Assembly (NCBI GenBank): GCA_030704615.1
Contig: CM060733.1
Span: 18,600,001 to 18,664,000, forward strand
Direction of reading: 5' to 3'
Length of the DNA: 64,000 bases
From: Takakia lepidozioides
Lineage: Eukaryota > Plantae > Bryophyta
Of the stretch, positions 51,591 to 63,519 are shown in pieces. Each line of letters begins with the position of its first letter. Within the stretch, counting starts at the first letter, position 1. The notes under the pieces were generated by a model. That model saw only the letters and a list, made by a program, of their open reading frames with translations, had not been told where the DNA came from and made no database searches. A program made the position numbers and the translations under genes.

Positions 51591-51620
51591 AAGGAACAAA
51601 AAACACAATGAATCATTTAC

Positions 51621-52860
51621 CTTCCATTGTCTAGTCTCCGACTTCATTGTGTGATCGTTGTACTTTTTCGGCCTCCCCCTTAGCTCGAAGAAATTCCGGG
51701 GATGTGCAACTTTCTCGGGGAATGTTGTGTCAAATTTTTGCGCCTTATTCGGGTCGTTTAGGAGCTTAGATAGCTTCACGAGCTTCATCAGATCCTTTGA
51801 CCATATAATCTTTGAGGACCAGTCAGAGTAATATTTCTTACGATTATCGTCGTCCACGTCTTGCACAAGTTTCTGCGACAGAATTGAATAAGGTTAGAAA
51901 TGTTAGTGACCTAACAAACATGTTGTTTAATGTTCAAGCATGTTCAAGCATGTTGTTACAAAAATTGGACTTTGTGGAGAAATTTACCTTGGCAACAATG
52001 ATGGTGTGTTGTCCACCGATGACGAAGAATCTGGACTTTTTCACCTCCTTCCAGTTTCGAAGTTTCGAACTGGAAACCTCCATAGGCTTCTCGGGGTTTG
52101 CGGGAGTCAAATAAACTAGATGTTTGGAGTCGAACACCCGGAGCTGGTAAAGACGCGCTTTGACTTTGTCTTTGTGCTTAACATTTAGGGGCCTGTATAC
52201 CATATCCTTGGGAGCAAGCTCCATCATGGAAACTTTGACGTCTTGGGTCATCTCAAACCCAAAGAAACATGTTATTGTAGTCTTGCTCCAGCCTCTCCTG
52301 CATCTTCTCACACTTCTCTTTGTCGAAGATGTCTGCAGCCTTGGGTTTCTTGTTATCTGTCATGAAAGCGGGATCCATCTCCTCCTTTTGTTTCTTCTTT
52401 CCCCCCGATGTCCCGGCTTCATTCTCATCACCTCCGGCGTCAGTGGATTTCCGTTTTCCCTTTCTTGGCCGCACTCTCGCAGCCTCTTCCTCCCGCGTCT
52501 TTGCAATCTCCTTACCCTTTAAGTAAAGCACATCCAAGAAAATACCCCAAGCCATGCAAAGACCTGCATCTGTAAATTGAGTACCGTCGTCGCAATATGT
52601 GAACCCCGCCCAGATGGACTCTCTCATCATGGCCTTCCTTAGAAGTCGTACCTCCAGTTTGAAGCCAAACGTTCTGGGAAATCTATCATCTTCCATCGTG
52701 AAAATGACCAGCATTGGAAATTCCACATCCATCTCCAGCTTTATGTCGACAACATCTGCATATTTGAGCTCGGCGACCTCTGCACCAATCTTGTAGTGGA
52801 ACTGGAACTTATGGTCCGAAGGTGTTCTAACGGGGACAATGCCCCATTCTGCGTTTTCCG
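51621..52860 (-). pseudogene. Truncated, frameshifted intron-containing gene of unknown, probably TE-associated family with a ParB/DGQHR-like motif
   Basis: Overlapping ORFs 52732-52253 and 52311-51934, phase-0 intron 51987-51873, then exon 51872-51621. Motif YRPLN...LVYLTP...FFVIGGQHTIIVAK. Basic NLS-like RPRKGKRK. Confidence 0.5.
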
Positions 52861-53532
52861 GGTTGAGCTAAAAAATTCTTCCTCTGTGGGCAGTTCGTCA
52901 GCGGCACTCGCTGAAGGGTAGGTGCCCTACATGTCATTGATGAAATTTAACTACCTTATACCTCTGCTTGCCTTTGAAGACACCTGAACATAAAACATTG
53001 TTTGCATACTTGTAAATTTAATTTTCAATCTGCTATTTCGTCGAGGGTTGTGCGTAGCATCGAGCGGCGAAGCCCTAGTTGATATGAATTTTCTTTACAT
53101 TTTCCTTCAAGACAAACCAAAATTTGACAAGTTTGACTCCACGGTCATAGACTCAGGCATTTCAGGGTTAACTTAGAGCATGTATAGCAGCACACTGAAT
53201 TTGATTTCTGGTCAAACCAATTTGAGCTTGCTTTGGGGGTCAAAGAATTGAAGGCCCTCCATATATTGTACATTTTGAGAGTCCTCAATACATCCCGGGA
53301 AGTTTAATCTTAGGTGGATTCTTGGAGTGGTGGCACAGAGTGGCACATACGGTGACTTGTGAGTGGTTCACCAATAATATACCGGGTATGAAAGGTGTTT
53401 GTTACTGGGTTTGTCACCTCCCTGCAGTGAATAGTTCAGGGTTGTAATCAGGGAGGTCGGTCATATGACGGATGATCTCAAGGACTGCAGGGTGCGCCCG
53501 GCTTGACGGAATTGTGGGGAGATTTTGGAAGC

Positions 53533-54957
53533 ATGAAGAAGTCAGGCCAGAAAGGGAAGAGAAAGGTGTCCGAAGCAGAGAATACTACTGTTGCCAAACG
53601 AACCAGAGAAGAGGGGGCAGAGGCTCCTTACGGTATCCCGGTATGTGTTCTAGTCTCTGGATTTTTATTGGTTTTGCTTTCACTCGCATGGGTTAGGTTC
53701 TTCAGAAGGAAGTGACAAGGTTTTGTGTTTGTTCTTCCAGGAAGGGTACTTGGAGATATGTTACAAACACGCTGACGACACAGTTGAGGTTGTGAAGCAG
53801 TCGTTTCATCTACCTTCCAAGCTTCTGATGAACTGTGAAGATCTGATTGGTGTTGGACTTGTTTTGAAACAAGTATGTGGAGGATTAAGCCATGTTCGTG
53901 ATTTAGGGTTTTGTTCCAGTACCTTGAGCAACATATTGCAGATGACCAGGATTTCCTGCAGCACCTTGGAGAGTCAAATAGGACGTCTCCCGTTCGAATC
54001 ATTTGCCGGCCTCCCGTTGTTGGTGTTGTAGCTTTGGACTCAAATAAGACACCAAAGAAATCTGACCTGGCAGAGAGGTATCGGGAATTTGCTCCTCCTC
54101 GATGACTCCGAAGAATGTGCATAGGGTTCAGAAACCTAAAGATCCTGAGAAGGGTCCCCTTTATCGATGTAGTCGTCCTGCTGATGCTGTAGGTCTTCTT
54201 GAAGCGCCTTTGATGCATCCCGCTTTCGGAACTTTCTTGGACAATTTGCGTGATGCATCCTTGCCAACAAGGGAGGATTATGCCTTTGTGAAAGAGTTCT
54301 GCGATACGAGCTCCGAGTTTTTACTCGACCGAGCTTGACCGAGCTTGAGCGTCAGATCGCAATTGCAGCGTTGTTGGTTCCATACTTGATCAGGAAAGTT
54401 GCTAGGCGTAAGATTGGGGCATTTGAAGTGGATGGATATATTGGCAGTGACACGTGCTTTCCAGTTTATGCGATACTAGAGGTGGAGAATGAGCTGGGCC
54501 AACAAATGCTGACAAATTTTTCCAGGGCCAGACTTGCTATGCTCTATTCTGTGATTATGCGCGATCCAGCAGCACGGAGTCGGCTAAGAAAGCTTTCGCA
54601 GCATGCAATTGCCCGATGTACCTAGTAGAATTTCGAGGTCCTCAGATGAGAGTCAGTGCGATGGCCTACTTCGGCCGAGCGCATACCAGTATGCTCACAG
54701 ATTTGGTCAATTTGTCCTACACAAATGAAAGCTTGCCCAATATTTTCAGGGCCTTGAAGCTGGGCATAGACAGTTTGGCATTATTCTACGCACAGATCGA
54801 GGAAGCAGGAAGAACATCTGCACGGCAGGAATGGTTGGGAAGTAAGGCGGTGCCGTACCCAGTTTGGTGGAATCCAAAGTTTAGGGTTTTGACGTCAAAT
54901 TCATTGACTTTGACTGGGCAGGCCAGGAGTCTGTGTGGACTTATCCGCCGAACATGA
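53533..54957 (+). pseudogene. Crinkler-type (fungal-like) PD-(D/E)xK nuclease-domain gene, frameshifted. Exons 53533-53640, 53741-53872, 53920 onward.
   Basis: Reconstruction: RP...PLMHPAFGTFLD...PTREDYAFVKEFC...ELERQ...EVDGYIG...ILEVENELG.TNADKFFQGQTCY...CPMYLVEFRGP...LTDLVNL...FRALKLGIDSLALFY. Frameshifts near 54102, 54335 (10-bp tandem duplication) and 54498. Confidence 0.62.
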
Positions 54958-55142
54958 ACCACGCAACTATCGCTTGGCCCGAAGGCGTGGCTGATGGGAA
55001 GCCCATGCTGCAGAGACACGACACTGACGTTCTTTCAAACCCAACAAAAACATCAACTTATGATTGGAGGATGTTTGTTAGACGAAGGCAATGTACGAAA
55101 GAGCTTCCAGTAGCTCCTTGTAGAGGGTCAGAACTGTAATTC

Positions 55143-55600
55143 TCAATGTTCCGTACAGAATTGGAAGACAGTAAGGACTGACCAACAATCACTTCTTTTT
55201 CCGAAGACTTTTTTGTGGACTAGTGCATAGCTCAGGCTCATCAAGTCAATGGAAGAGATGCCTGTCTTGTGCCCCTCGAACATCCACTCGCAGCCCACAA
55301 ACCCACATGTGGTAGCAGTGAAGTTTTTGTTACAACATGGACACTTCACAGTCTCTGCAATATTGAAAACCGTGAAGCCCTTCCCGCAGCCTACCTTTGA
55401 ACCATATGCTTCACATTGAACATTTTGGCACTTTCCTTCGATATTCAGGCCATAACTAAGTTTCCGCCAAGCTGGTTTAGGGTTTGGTCTGATCGGATGT
55501 GGGACTCGGAATTTATTTGTTCTTAGAGCGGACATATTCTCCATGTCTACAAAACTCTGAATGTTGTTGACATAAAGGATCACCTTGCCCGCTTTAACGC
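55143..55600 (-). CDS. Exon or gene fragment encoding a Cys-rich putative zinc-binding domain of a kind seen in protist and fungal proteins
   Basis: SFVDMEN...PAWRKLSYGLNIEGKCQNVQCEAYGSKVGCGKGFTVFNIAETVKCPCCNKNFTATTCGFVGCEWMFEGHK. Confidence 0.55.
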
Positions 55601-58600
55601 TGGTGCTCTTTCTGAATCATAGAATCAGAACAAGGGTGATACGTGCTCATGAGATAAGCACTCAAATCTTTGAGATCTAGAGACTACTTAAGGATATGAA
55701 AAATGGACAAACCTGGAAGAACGCCGTGAACTTGACCTGGCATGGCGATTGAAATATGAATCAAATGCAAGTTTCAGCAACATGCAGCACCGAATTCAAA
55801 GGTAGAAGCTCCTTTTACCCGTCTAAACATAATGTATAATGCTACATACATCACCTGCTCGTCAAAACAAATCTCTTCATCACCACAGAAAATAGAAGGC
55901 AACTTTGCAAGAGACAGAAGCTTCACCTTCATATTTCGTGCGCTCGTGACTCGGTTTCTCCGGCAAGAGCAATCACTTCACCAGCAGTTTACTAGAGAGC
56001 AGTCTATATTAGCGGTCCACCGCATGTTTAGATGGGGTTAAGCAATGGGCATGCAACAACAAAGTTGTAGGAAAGAAGGCCATATTCGTTAAATTGGCAC
56101 AGCTGCACTAAACTTAACTACTCCGGCACTACCCTTATTTTGAAATTGCATTGAACAATTGGCAATGTGAAATTTGCCAATTTAATGATTATGGCCTTAA
56201 GACTCACCAGTAATAGTGTGCCCAATTCAATGCAACAGAACTCTCAGTTGGAACTCGTGTTTTCACCAATGAATGTCGCCATGGCCATATACCTCAGCTG
56301 AAGGGTGGCAGCGTTTCGATGGCAAAGCTGCAAATTGATTAAAAGAGAAGTTTCTCTCGTGAACACTGTCCTGTCAAAATTGTTAGTAATTTTCACAAGT
56401 TCCATCGTATAAGTCTTCATACATAGCCCCAAAACCCCTTTTTAAAGGTACAATGATTACACAATATGCAACTTACAGTATGCTTAGATTCAGAGATTGT
56501 TAATACTGTAGGCTATAACGTCTCAAAAAGGGCTGAATATATCGTCTTCTGGACCTATTTGCTCTAGCTGCAACGCTAACTGGCAAACAAAAGAGGGACA
56601 CAGTGATGATGTAAGCCAAAAACCATGGTGCCTATTCTGATTTCTAGTTGGACAACTTGGACTTGAATATGCACATGTTAGAGTTTCAAAAATTGTGCCA
56701 TCTCTCTTCAAGAAATTCTGTTTGGACGTCTACATTGACAAAAACCTACGGTACTTCAGCCATCTCCAGTTTGGGTAAAATGGAAGCAATTTAGTCTGTT
56801 TCTCCTGTGGGTCTTCTTCGCATTGAGCGCGTTTCGCAGCTAAGCCCTGGACGCTTCAGTCCTCTCGCATCACCAGCAGGACGGACTGCATGCCAGCATG
56901 TGAATTTCGATCATCCCAGAAACATAATACTACTCATGAGCATAAACTCACAAGTAGGTGGCACGCAATTATCAATGGCATTAATTTCATATTGGTCGGC
57001 AACTGGAGCATTGATTCAAACGGCTTCAAGAACGGTATGAAATTTATCTGTGTCAACACTTGTGGCCAGAATGTTGTGTGTTTACTAACCAGTCATTGGA
57101 TCTCTGTGCACCAATCTTCTAGGGGAGGGCCTCGAGTGGAGGGCCCTCCCCTATACGTAAAGAACTGGCCACATTTCTTTTCCCGAGAGTAAAAGATGAG
57201 CAGCAGTGCACGCATAGGTAATCTACACGATGCATTCCATTTCGAGAGAATGCACTGCCCCTGACAGGCGGGAAAAGGCGATTATGCAGATTTGAAGTGT
57301 GGCAAGATGCAGCCTCTTCGCAGCCTCTTTCTACACGATCTGGCGAGGTAAGGGTCTGGATGAGTGTAATCAGCAACTAAGTGAATTCATGAGTGGACTC
57401 ATTGTGAGCGCCGAAATGGCCACCAGTCTTAGTGTTCACCTCAAGTACAGCTCATGATTTCACCAAAGCAGGTCTAATTATCACATATTTTACTTGGTAC
57501 AAGTAAAAGTCGTACTTCATACAATATTACAGAATGGATATCTACACAACAAAGTGTTGTGAGTAGATTGAAGCGAGCAGTATTTGATTTCTTCTGTATA
57601 CTTAAGTAGGGCAATTTCAGTTACAAGTTTGTGTCTGTAGAGCGAGGGATTGCGAAAATTTTAATAGAAGTGATAACCCGTTTTTTCTTAAGTTTCTGAG
57701 TTTTGAGTGAATTATTGGCTTAAACCTGCTTGGAAACGAACATGATAGCTTACAAGTCTTGTGTGGCTGGTAGTCCGGAATGGGCTTAAATCGAAGAGCG
57801 TGCTTTGGTTTCTGCTCACCTCACTTGATATACCTGCTTCTTGTTTCATGGAGAGCTTTTGTTTGGGTGCACATCAGAATTTAAGCTTGACATGGGCTAA
57901 TGGATAACATGGATATGGGTGGGCATTTCCCGGCATTTTCCGCTGGCACCCACACTCTTCCCCTAAGGATGGGCTCTATAAATATGCAGCTCCCCGGCAC
58001 GCGCGAAGGGTGGCGGCAGGTGGCACAAACAGGTGGCAGGTGGTTGATGCAGGGAGAACGCTGAAACGCAGGGTGGAGAGCCGGGCATTCTCGGGGTGCT
58101 CGACGGCACACTTCCTTGCGTTCTGACGGCGTGACCGGAAGTTTTTGCCCGGGAATGGCCACCGGCTCCGGGATTCAAGTATGAAGCTGGTTTTTTGGCA
58201 TCTGTCATAGCAAACAGCTTGGAATGTAACTTCAGGGTACTCAGTAACTTGGGTAGGCTAACAACAAAGAGCAATTTGGCTTCCCTCACAAATTGCCCCC
58301 AATTTTGGGGGATGTGGGGATCCCATGAGAGAAATGGGCATTTTGACCCCCCTGTTTTCCCATACAAAGCAACCATTACGCATTTTTGGAATTTGGCTCT
58401 GGAATTTTGGGAGGCTTTGCTGTGCCATCTGAATCAGGGTAGGTTGTATCAATGAAAAATCGAAAAGGTAGGCCATCTGATTGGTCAAACCAAATTTTCA
58501 TGTTTGAAAATACATCCTGCAAAATTTTTTGGCCTAGGACTTTGTTATAATCTTTCAAATTAGACGGTCAAATCTCCTGAAATTTTTACTGGAGGTGCAT

Positions 58601-58734
58601 GAAGTAGGTAGGATCACTTTGGTGCGGTTCATCCCCTCGGATGTTTCTCAAATGAGAGATATACCCTCATCCATGAGGGTATGTCTGGTTTTGGATGGCC
58701 CCCCCTCAAAAACAGGCTCGTCCTCAAGGGGTTA

Positions 58735-58867
58735 AAAGTGTCGCATTATACGTGTCCTAGTCGTATTATGGAGGGAGTTTCATACACAGAAAAGTTTGGT
58801 GCTCAAAATTTTCGTCGTATAATCGAGGTGTCATATTATGGAGTGTCGTATTATCGAGGTTAGACTG
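58735..58867. mobile_element. One terminus of a Tc1/pogo-like DNA element
   Basis: The minus strand reads TA|CAGTCTAACCTCGATAATACGACAC, which is pogo/Tigger-like with a TA target. Five subterminal gtcgtattat-like repeats. The partner TIR was not found. Confidence 0.55.
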
Positions 58868-59423
58868 TATCAGGTCCTGGGTGCTTGTAACTGAGAAAGC
58901 ATGTCTTTGGTTCTGCTGATTCTGCTTCATTGATGATTGTGTTAGGTCTCCCTCTGACCGGATTCCTGATTGTATATGTGGAATTTTGAGGAGTTATTAT
59001 TATCTCGACGAGTGCAAGTTGCACTCGCTTTGTGACTCAGGGCTGATATTTTAATATTTTTACAATGTGAATTATGAAGTATAATTGGTTTAGCATTGGT
59101 AGAGTGGTAGAATTTGTAGTATTTCTATTGTTACCATTCCACCTTCCCAAGCGCCGGGAATACCAATTCCCCGAAATGTATTGAGGTTGAAGATGCGTCG
59201 TCATGTCATGAAGTGGGAGAATGGTAACTCCTAATAATCCATGCATGGAGGAAGTAACGTTTTCAAGGAATGGCATTCCGGGAGGATTGTCCTCGTCTGA
59301 CACCTGCTATTTGAGAAGCCAAGAATTTCAATCCTTGGATAATGCATTGAGGTTGGAGGAGAGGGTGGCACCTTGTCATACATTTCATGAAGTAGGAGAA
59401 TGGTAACTTGAGATAACTTGAAG

Positions 59424-59600
59424 CACTAGTAGAAAACCTGTCAATTGTGACCTTCCGTTATGTGACTGACTGTCCGTTTTGACTGATTATGTGACTGGAT
59501 TTGAGGATGTGTACGTGATGTGGCATTACGCCTTTAAAACGCTGAATGTAGTGGGAGACATCATGACCTTTTTGTAATGACCAATTGCGTTACTTTCACG
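59424..59600 (+). mobile_element. CACTA (En/Spm) element left terminus
   Basis: CACTAGTAGAAAA terminal motif followed by repeated tgtgac/tgac subterminal units. The right end was not found. Confidence 0.55.
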
Positions 59601-59608
59601 TGCAACCT

Positions 59609-60185
59609 CTGACAGGATGGTACGCTGGTTTCCGGCATGTCAAATCTTCCCCACCCTGTCTTGAGGGTGACATGGAACTGAAGGAGTGTCAACTCCAGTC
59701 GGGGTTACACTGGGTTACACGACGAGGTGTGTAACTCCACTTGGGGTTACACAGAATGGAGTGTAACTCCAGTCGGTGTAACCCACACTTGGTCTCGAAA
59801 TTTGACTAAGTCCAAATGTGGCTAAGTATAAAATGGACCAACTAGAGTTACATGAGAAATCGAGGTTACAGAGGGTTACACCAAGTGAAGGGTTACATCG
59901 ACCAGGGTTACACCGAGTGGAGGGTTACATCAATCGGGGTTCCACCGAGTGTAGGGCTACATCAACTGGGGTTACACTGCCACAGCCTCCCATCAGGAAC
60001 TGAGCCCATAACCTCGCAGTCTCCATTGCTATCACCTTACCATCACGCTACCCACCACAGCTTGCAACCCACTCGGATTCATAAGTATTCAATAGTGAAA
60101 CCAAGATAATATGGGGTGGGGAAGATTTGACAGGAGCCCCGCCGGAGGAGCCCAGGTTGCCGGAATCCGGCGAAAGTACTGTCAG
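59609..60185. mobile_element. Foldback/MITE-like element with long imperfect TIRs and an internal GGTTACA array
   Basis: tgtcaaatcttccccaccc (59638-59656) is the exact reverse complement of 60114-60132. The outer arms ctgacag...ttccggca and tgccggaa...ctgtcag also pair. Confidence 0.65.
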
Positions 60186-62197
60186 ATCACACGCGTCCAT
60201 TAAGTTCTTACATTATTCATATTATCTTCCCTCGCTTATTTTCCCGATACTGTCTCTTCAATGATAAACTTCTCTTGTCACTGATGAATGTGCACAGTTT
60301 CTAACAACTGCAGTTGTTTCTTCGTCGCCACAATAACGTCGAATAAAAATGGTAGATGCCAAAATTGTTCATTACCACGATAGTAACTCCACGAATTCCG
60401 ATCATTTCCGCAACCCTCATTAAACAGACATGATTCATTCGAAGATTTGACCATCGGAGATTTCAAAGCTGGTTCGTCAAGTCTGTAAGTATCTACACTA
60501 AGTTATATCCAAATGGTACTTCCGTGACCATTATTTTATGATGAACCCTTTGCTTCTCTGTATAATTCACTCAGTCCCCACAGAAGCTGGAAGCCACCAG
60601 TATATAATTAATTACATACCCAATATTCGTAAAACAAGCTTTGAAAATGAACATTGACATTCTCAGTGCTTCTCCAACAATTGTAGCAATTGCACTCTTT
60701 ATTACGACATCGTCAAACTATAAAAATACTCGCAAACCTGCCTATAGAATGTCCAGTCACTACCACACAGTAAAGTTGTTCACCGTCGACTCAGTTTCTT
60801 TTTAAAATAAACCAAATACTGCTGATGAAACTCCTCCAAAAGAAGAAACATGTACAGACACTTCATGCTACCATCTACCTAAACAGACGGTGAGTGCACT
60901 GTGCCCATGCAACTCGAATACTACATATTAACAAACCAGTAATCATAGCATGTAGAATTCTGCGATGTAGAACATGTTTGACAGAAACACATCATCATGA
61001 GCGACGGGTAGATACCCGACTTTGCACAATCTAAGGTCATGCCACACTTGTCCCGACGAACTTTTACATTTTTCTGAAGTTGTATGTTCAGTATGTCTAC
61101 ATCGTTGTGTCCTGGAAATGTTCCAAATACTTCATTTTGCAGACAAACAAGGGCAGTACACCTGTCTCGAAACATCCGGAGTGGAATTTACCAGAGAGAA
61201 GTTCATTTCGGAGATAAACTTACCGTCATGTCCTTTGTGACTGAAGTGTCCGTTCTGACTGATCCGTTGTGACCAAGATGAACACAGTCACATTCTGCAG
61301 AATATGTCCAGGCTTGTAACTCAAACTCTAGTCACAAATGCAGTTATATTAGACTGGTTTCCTACCAGTGAAGTTGGATGAAGTTAACTTTCTCTGAAGA
61401 TTGCTCCTGTGACACCCACTATTACCTCTTCTATGATGCTTTAGTGATCTTACAATGGCTTGTACACTGCAGGCCAATTTGATTTCAAAAATCGTTAATA
61501 TTTTCATTAAGTGTTTCAGAACTGTACAACAGAAGGATCCAAATGAGACTTTGCTATGGCGAGGATCCGCGATCACTGTCCAATGCATCCCCGGCCTCAT
61601 GCATGGATGGCTGCCTTCCACCTGCCTCCGAACCTGCACTGCTGCTATCGCTGTTACTCCGAGAAGCCCTCCCCTCAAAAATACCATCCTCACCAACTGG
61701 AACTGTCCACCTGGGTGCGGAACTGTCCTCATCATCCCCCTCGCTCTCGGACGCGGATTCTATGACGAACTTGCCTACTCTGCCTTTCACAATTCCATGT
61801 TTGGCCTCACGCCTCATTATAATTCTCTGCTCCTTCCCGAATATCAATTGCTCGAACTGAGTAGGCCTATCCTCCCTCCTGATGGCTTCTCTGGATCATT
61901 AGGGGGTGCCAGAGTGGCAGGGCGATCATTGCATCACTGCCAACTGGTAAGGATCCTCTTTGTTTTTGGACAACATATTGAAGGTGGCAAGTTTCGCTCT
62001 TCCAATATTCTGTCCCTCCCATCTGTAGTCTCTCATTAGCTCCATGCTGATTCTGGCAAGTTACACATAGAAGTGGTAACCATGGGAGGAAGGGGGCTAT
62101 GGTAGTTTCAGTTGTGGATAGTTTAACAGTCCACTGGACTTAAGGTTGGCTATGTCTAGATTACATACCATTGCATGCTGCAGTTGGATATATGGGC

Positions 62198-62616
62198 TGT
62201 TGCTTGTCAACGTAAGTATCTAGAGCTCTTATAAATGTAGTCAAAAGCCTGTATTAAAGATATGCATGAAATTGTAAGTCTTAAAGCTGTAGACTTAGCT
62301 GTGGAGCTATTGTACAAAGCTTACACCAGAATGTAGTTCTTCATTGCAAGGAAAAAAAACGAATACACGGGAGCACAGAAGAGATATACATGGCTCTACA
62401 CCAGCCGATATACTCGGCAGAAGGACTATGTATGGCGGGAGCACCAAGTTCAAACTCCACTGCCAGGCTGTAACAAATACTCCACTGCCAGCTATAACTA
62501 ATATGGACGTGAATGTCAAAGTCCTAGATACTATACCGCAGATATAAAGAAGTAATCTGATCTGAAAGTGGAACTATCACTTACATTGATCATTCTTGAA
62601 TCTAGATATTACAACA
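62198..62616 (-). mobile_element. Candidate 3' LTR of the Copia element
   Basis: On the minus strand, PPT-like TAGTGGGAG is directly followed by TGTTG at 62616. A matching CAACA end at 62198 is inferred. Confidence 0.5.
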
Positions 62617-62655
62617 CTCCCACTAAGAATGATCAATGTAATAGTATCCTCCCAC

Positions 62656-63400
62656 TCATTGATCTGTAATCGGGGGGCCTGCAACAAGAGAAAGCATGCT
62701 GCAGAAACGTCGAAACTTATCAGGTACCAGCGCCTTGGTGAGTATGTCTGCAACTTGATCATTCGTATTGATGTACACAACTCGAATGAATCCACGATGC
62801 TGGAAGTCTCTCACTATGTGGTATTGTATATCAATGTGCTTGGTTCTGCGATGGTACTCTGGATTGAGTATGAGCTTTATCGCACTTTGATTGTCTCCAT
62901 GAAGTTGAGTTGGTTCTTGCCTGAGAAGTTGTCTCAACCATACAACCTCTTTGCTAGTAACGCACGCTGCAATATACTCCGCCTCCATGGTAGAACCTGC
63001 CACACATTGTTGTTTTCGACTTACCCAAGTCACGGGTCCACCATTGAGAAAAACCAAGCACCCACTGCGAGATTTACGGTCATCTCCAGCGTAGTCCGCA
63101 TCTGCAAATGCGGTGAGTATGTTGTTGCAGTCTCCAGCAAAGTAACAGAGTTTGTAATGCACTGTACCCTTCAGATACTTCATAATCCGCCGAACAGCAT
63201 TACAATGAACATGCTTTGGCTTGGTAGAAAACTTTGCCACACAATAGAGTAATCTATATCCACTGCAATCATCTTTGAAAGATACAAAATAAAAGGCTCC
63301 CCCAAGCGAGGCAACACTCATGGGACCACACAAGTCAGAGTGATAAAATTGACTAGGCTTTTCAGCTTTCTTTCTATCTGGGCCCTCGATGGCCTGTGTG
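62656..63400 (-). mobile_element. Ty1/Copia pol remnant with an internal deletion (integrase N-core fused in frame to RT C-terminus and RNase H)
   Basis: HSDLCGPM...YFVSFKDDCSGY (integrase), then AVRRIMKYLKGT, ADADYAGD.RKSRSG, SRKQQCVAGSTMEAEYIA, DNQSAI, RTKHIDIQYH, QVADILTKAL. Confidence 0.92.
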
Positions 63401-63519
63401 TTGAGCAGTAGGCTCAGTAAATTCACTGGACGTTAAAGAAACTTTATCTTTATCTTTATCCTTTATCTTTGTTCTATCTTTGATTCAGCTTCAACCAGCA
63501 GGAAATTGAGATTGTGAAA

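Noticed and set aside
51585-51620. Apparent GT...AG mini-intron joining the ParB-like exon to the Gypsy MTase segment
   Set aside because: It is only ~36 nt and the phases do not match (donor phase 0, acceptor needs phase 1). A deletion junction is the simpler reading.
58657-58686. 14-bp-stem palindrome AGATATACCCTCAT-CC-ATGAGGGTATGTCT
   Set aside because: It lies next to the pogo-like terminus and is not followed by a CTRR end, so it was not called as a Helitron hairpin or terminator.
61300-62040. ORFs of 97-194 aa on both strands, including an acidic/Ser-rich stretch
   Set aside because: Low complexity with no recognisable family. It may belong to the CACTA element but cannot be supported.
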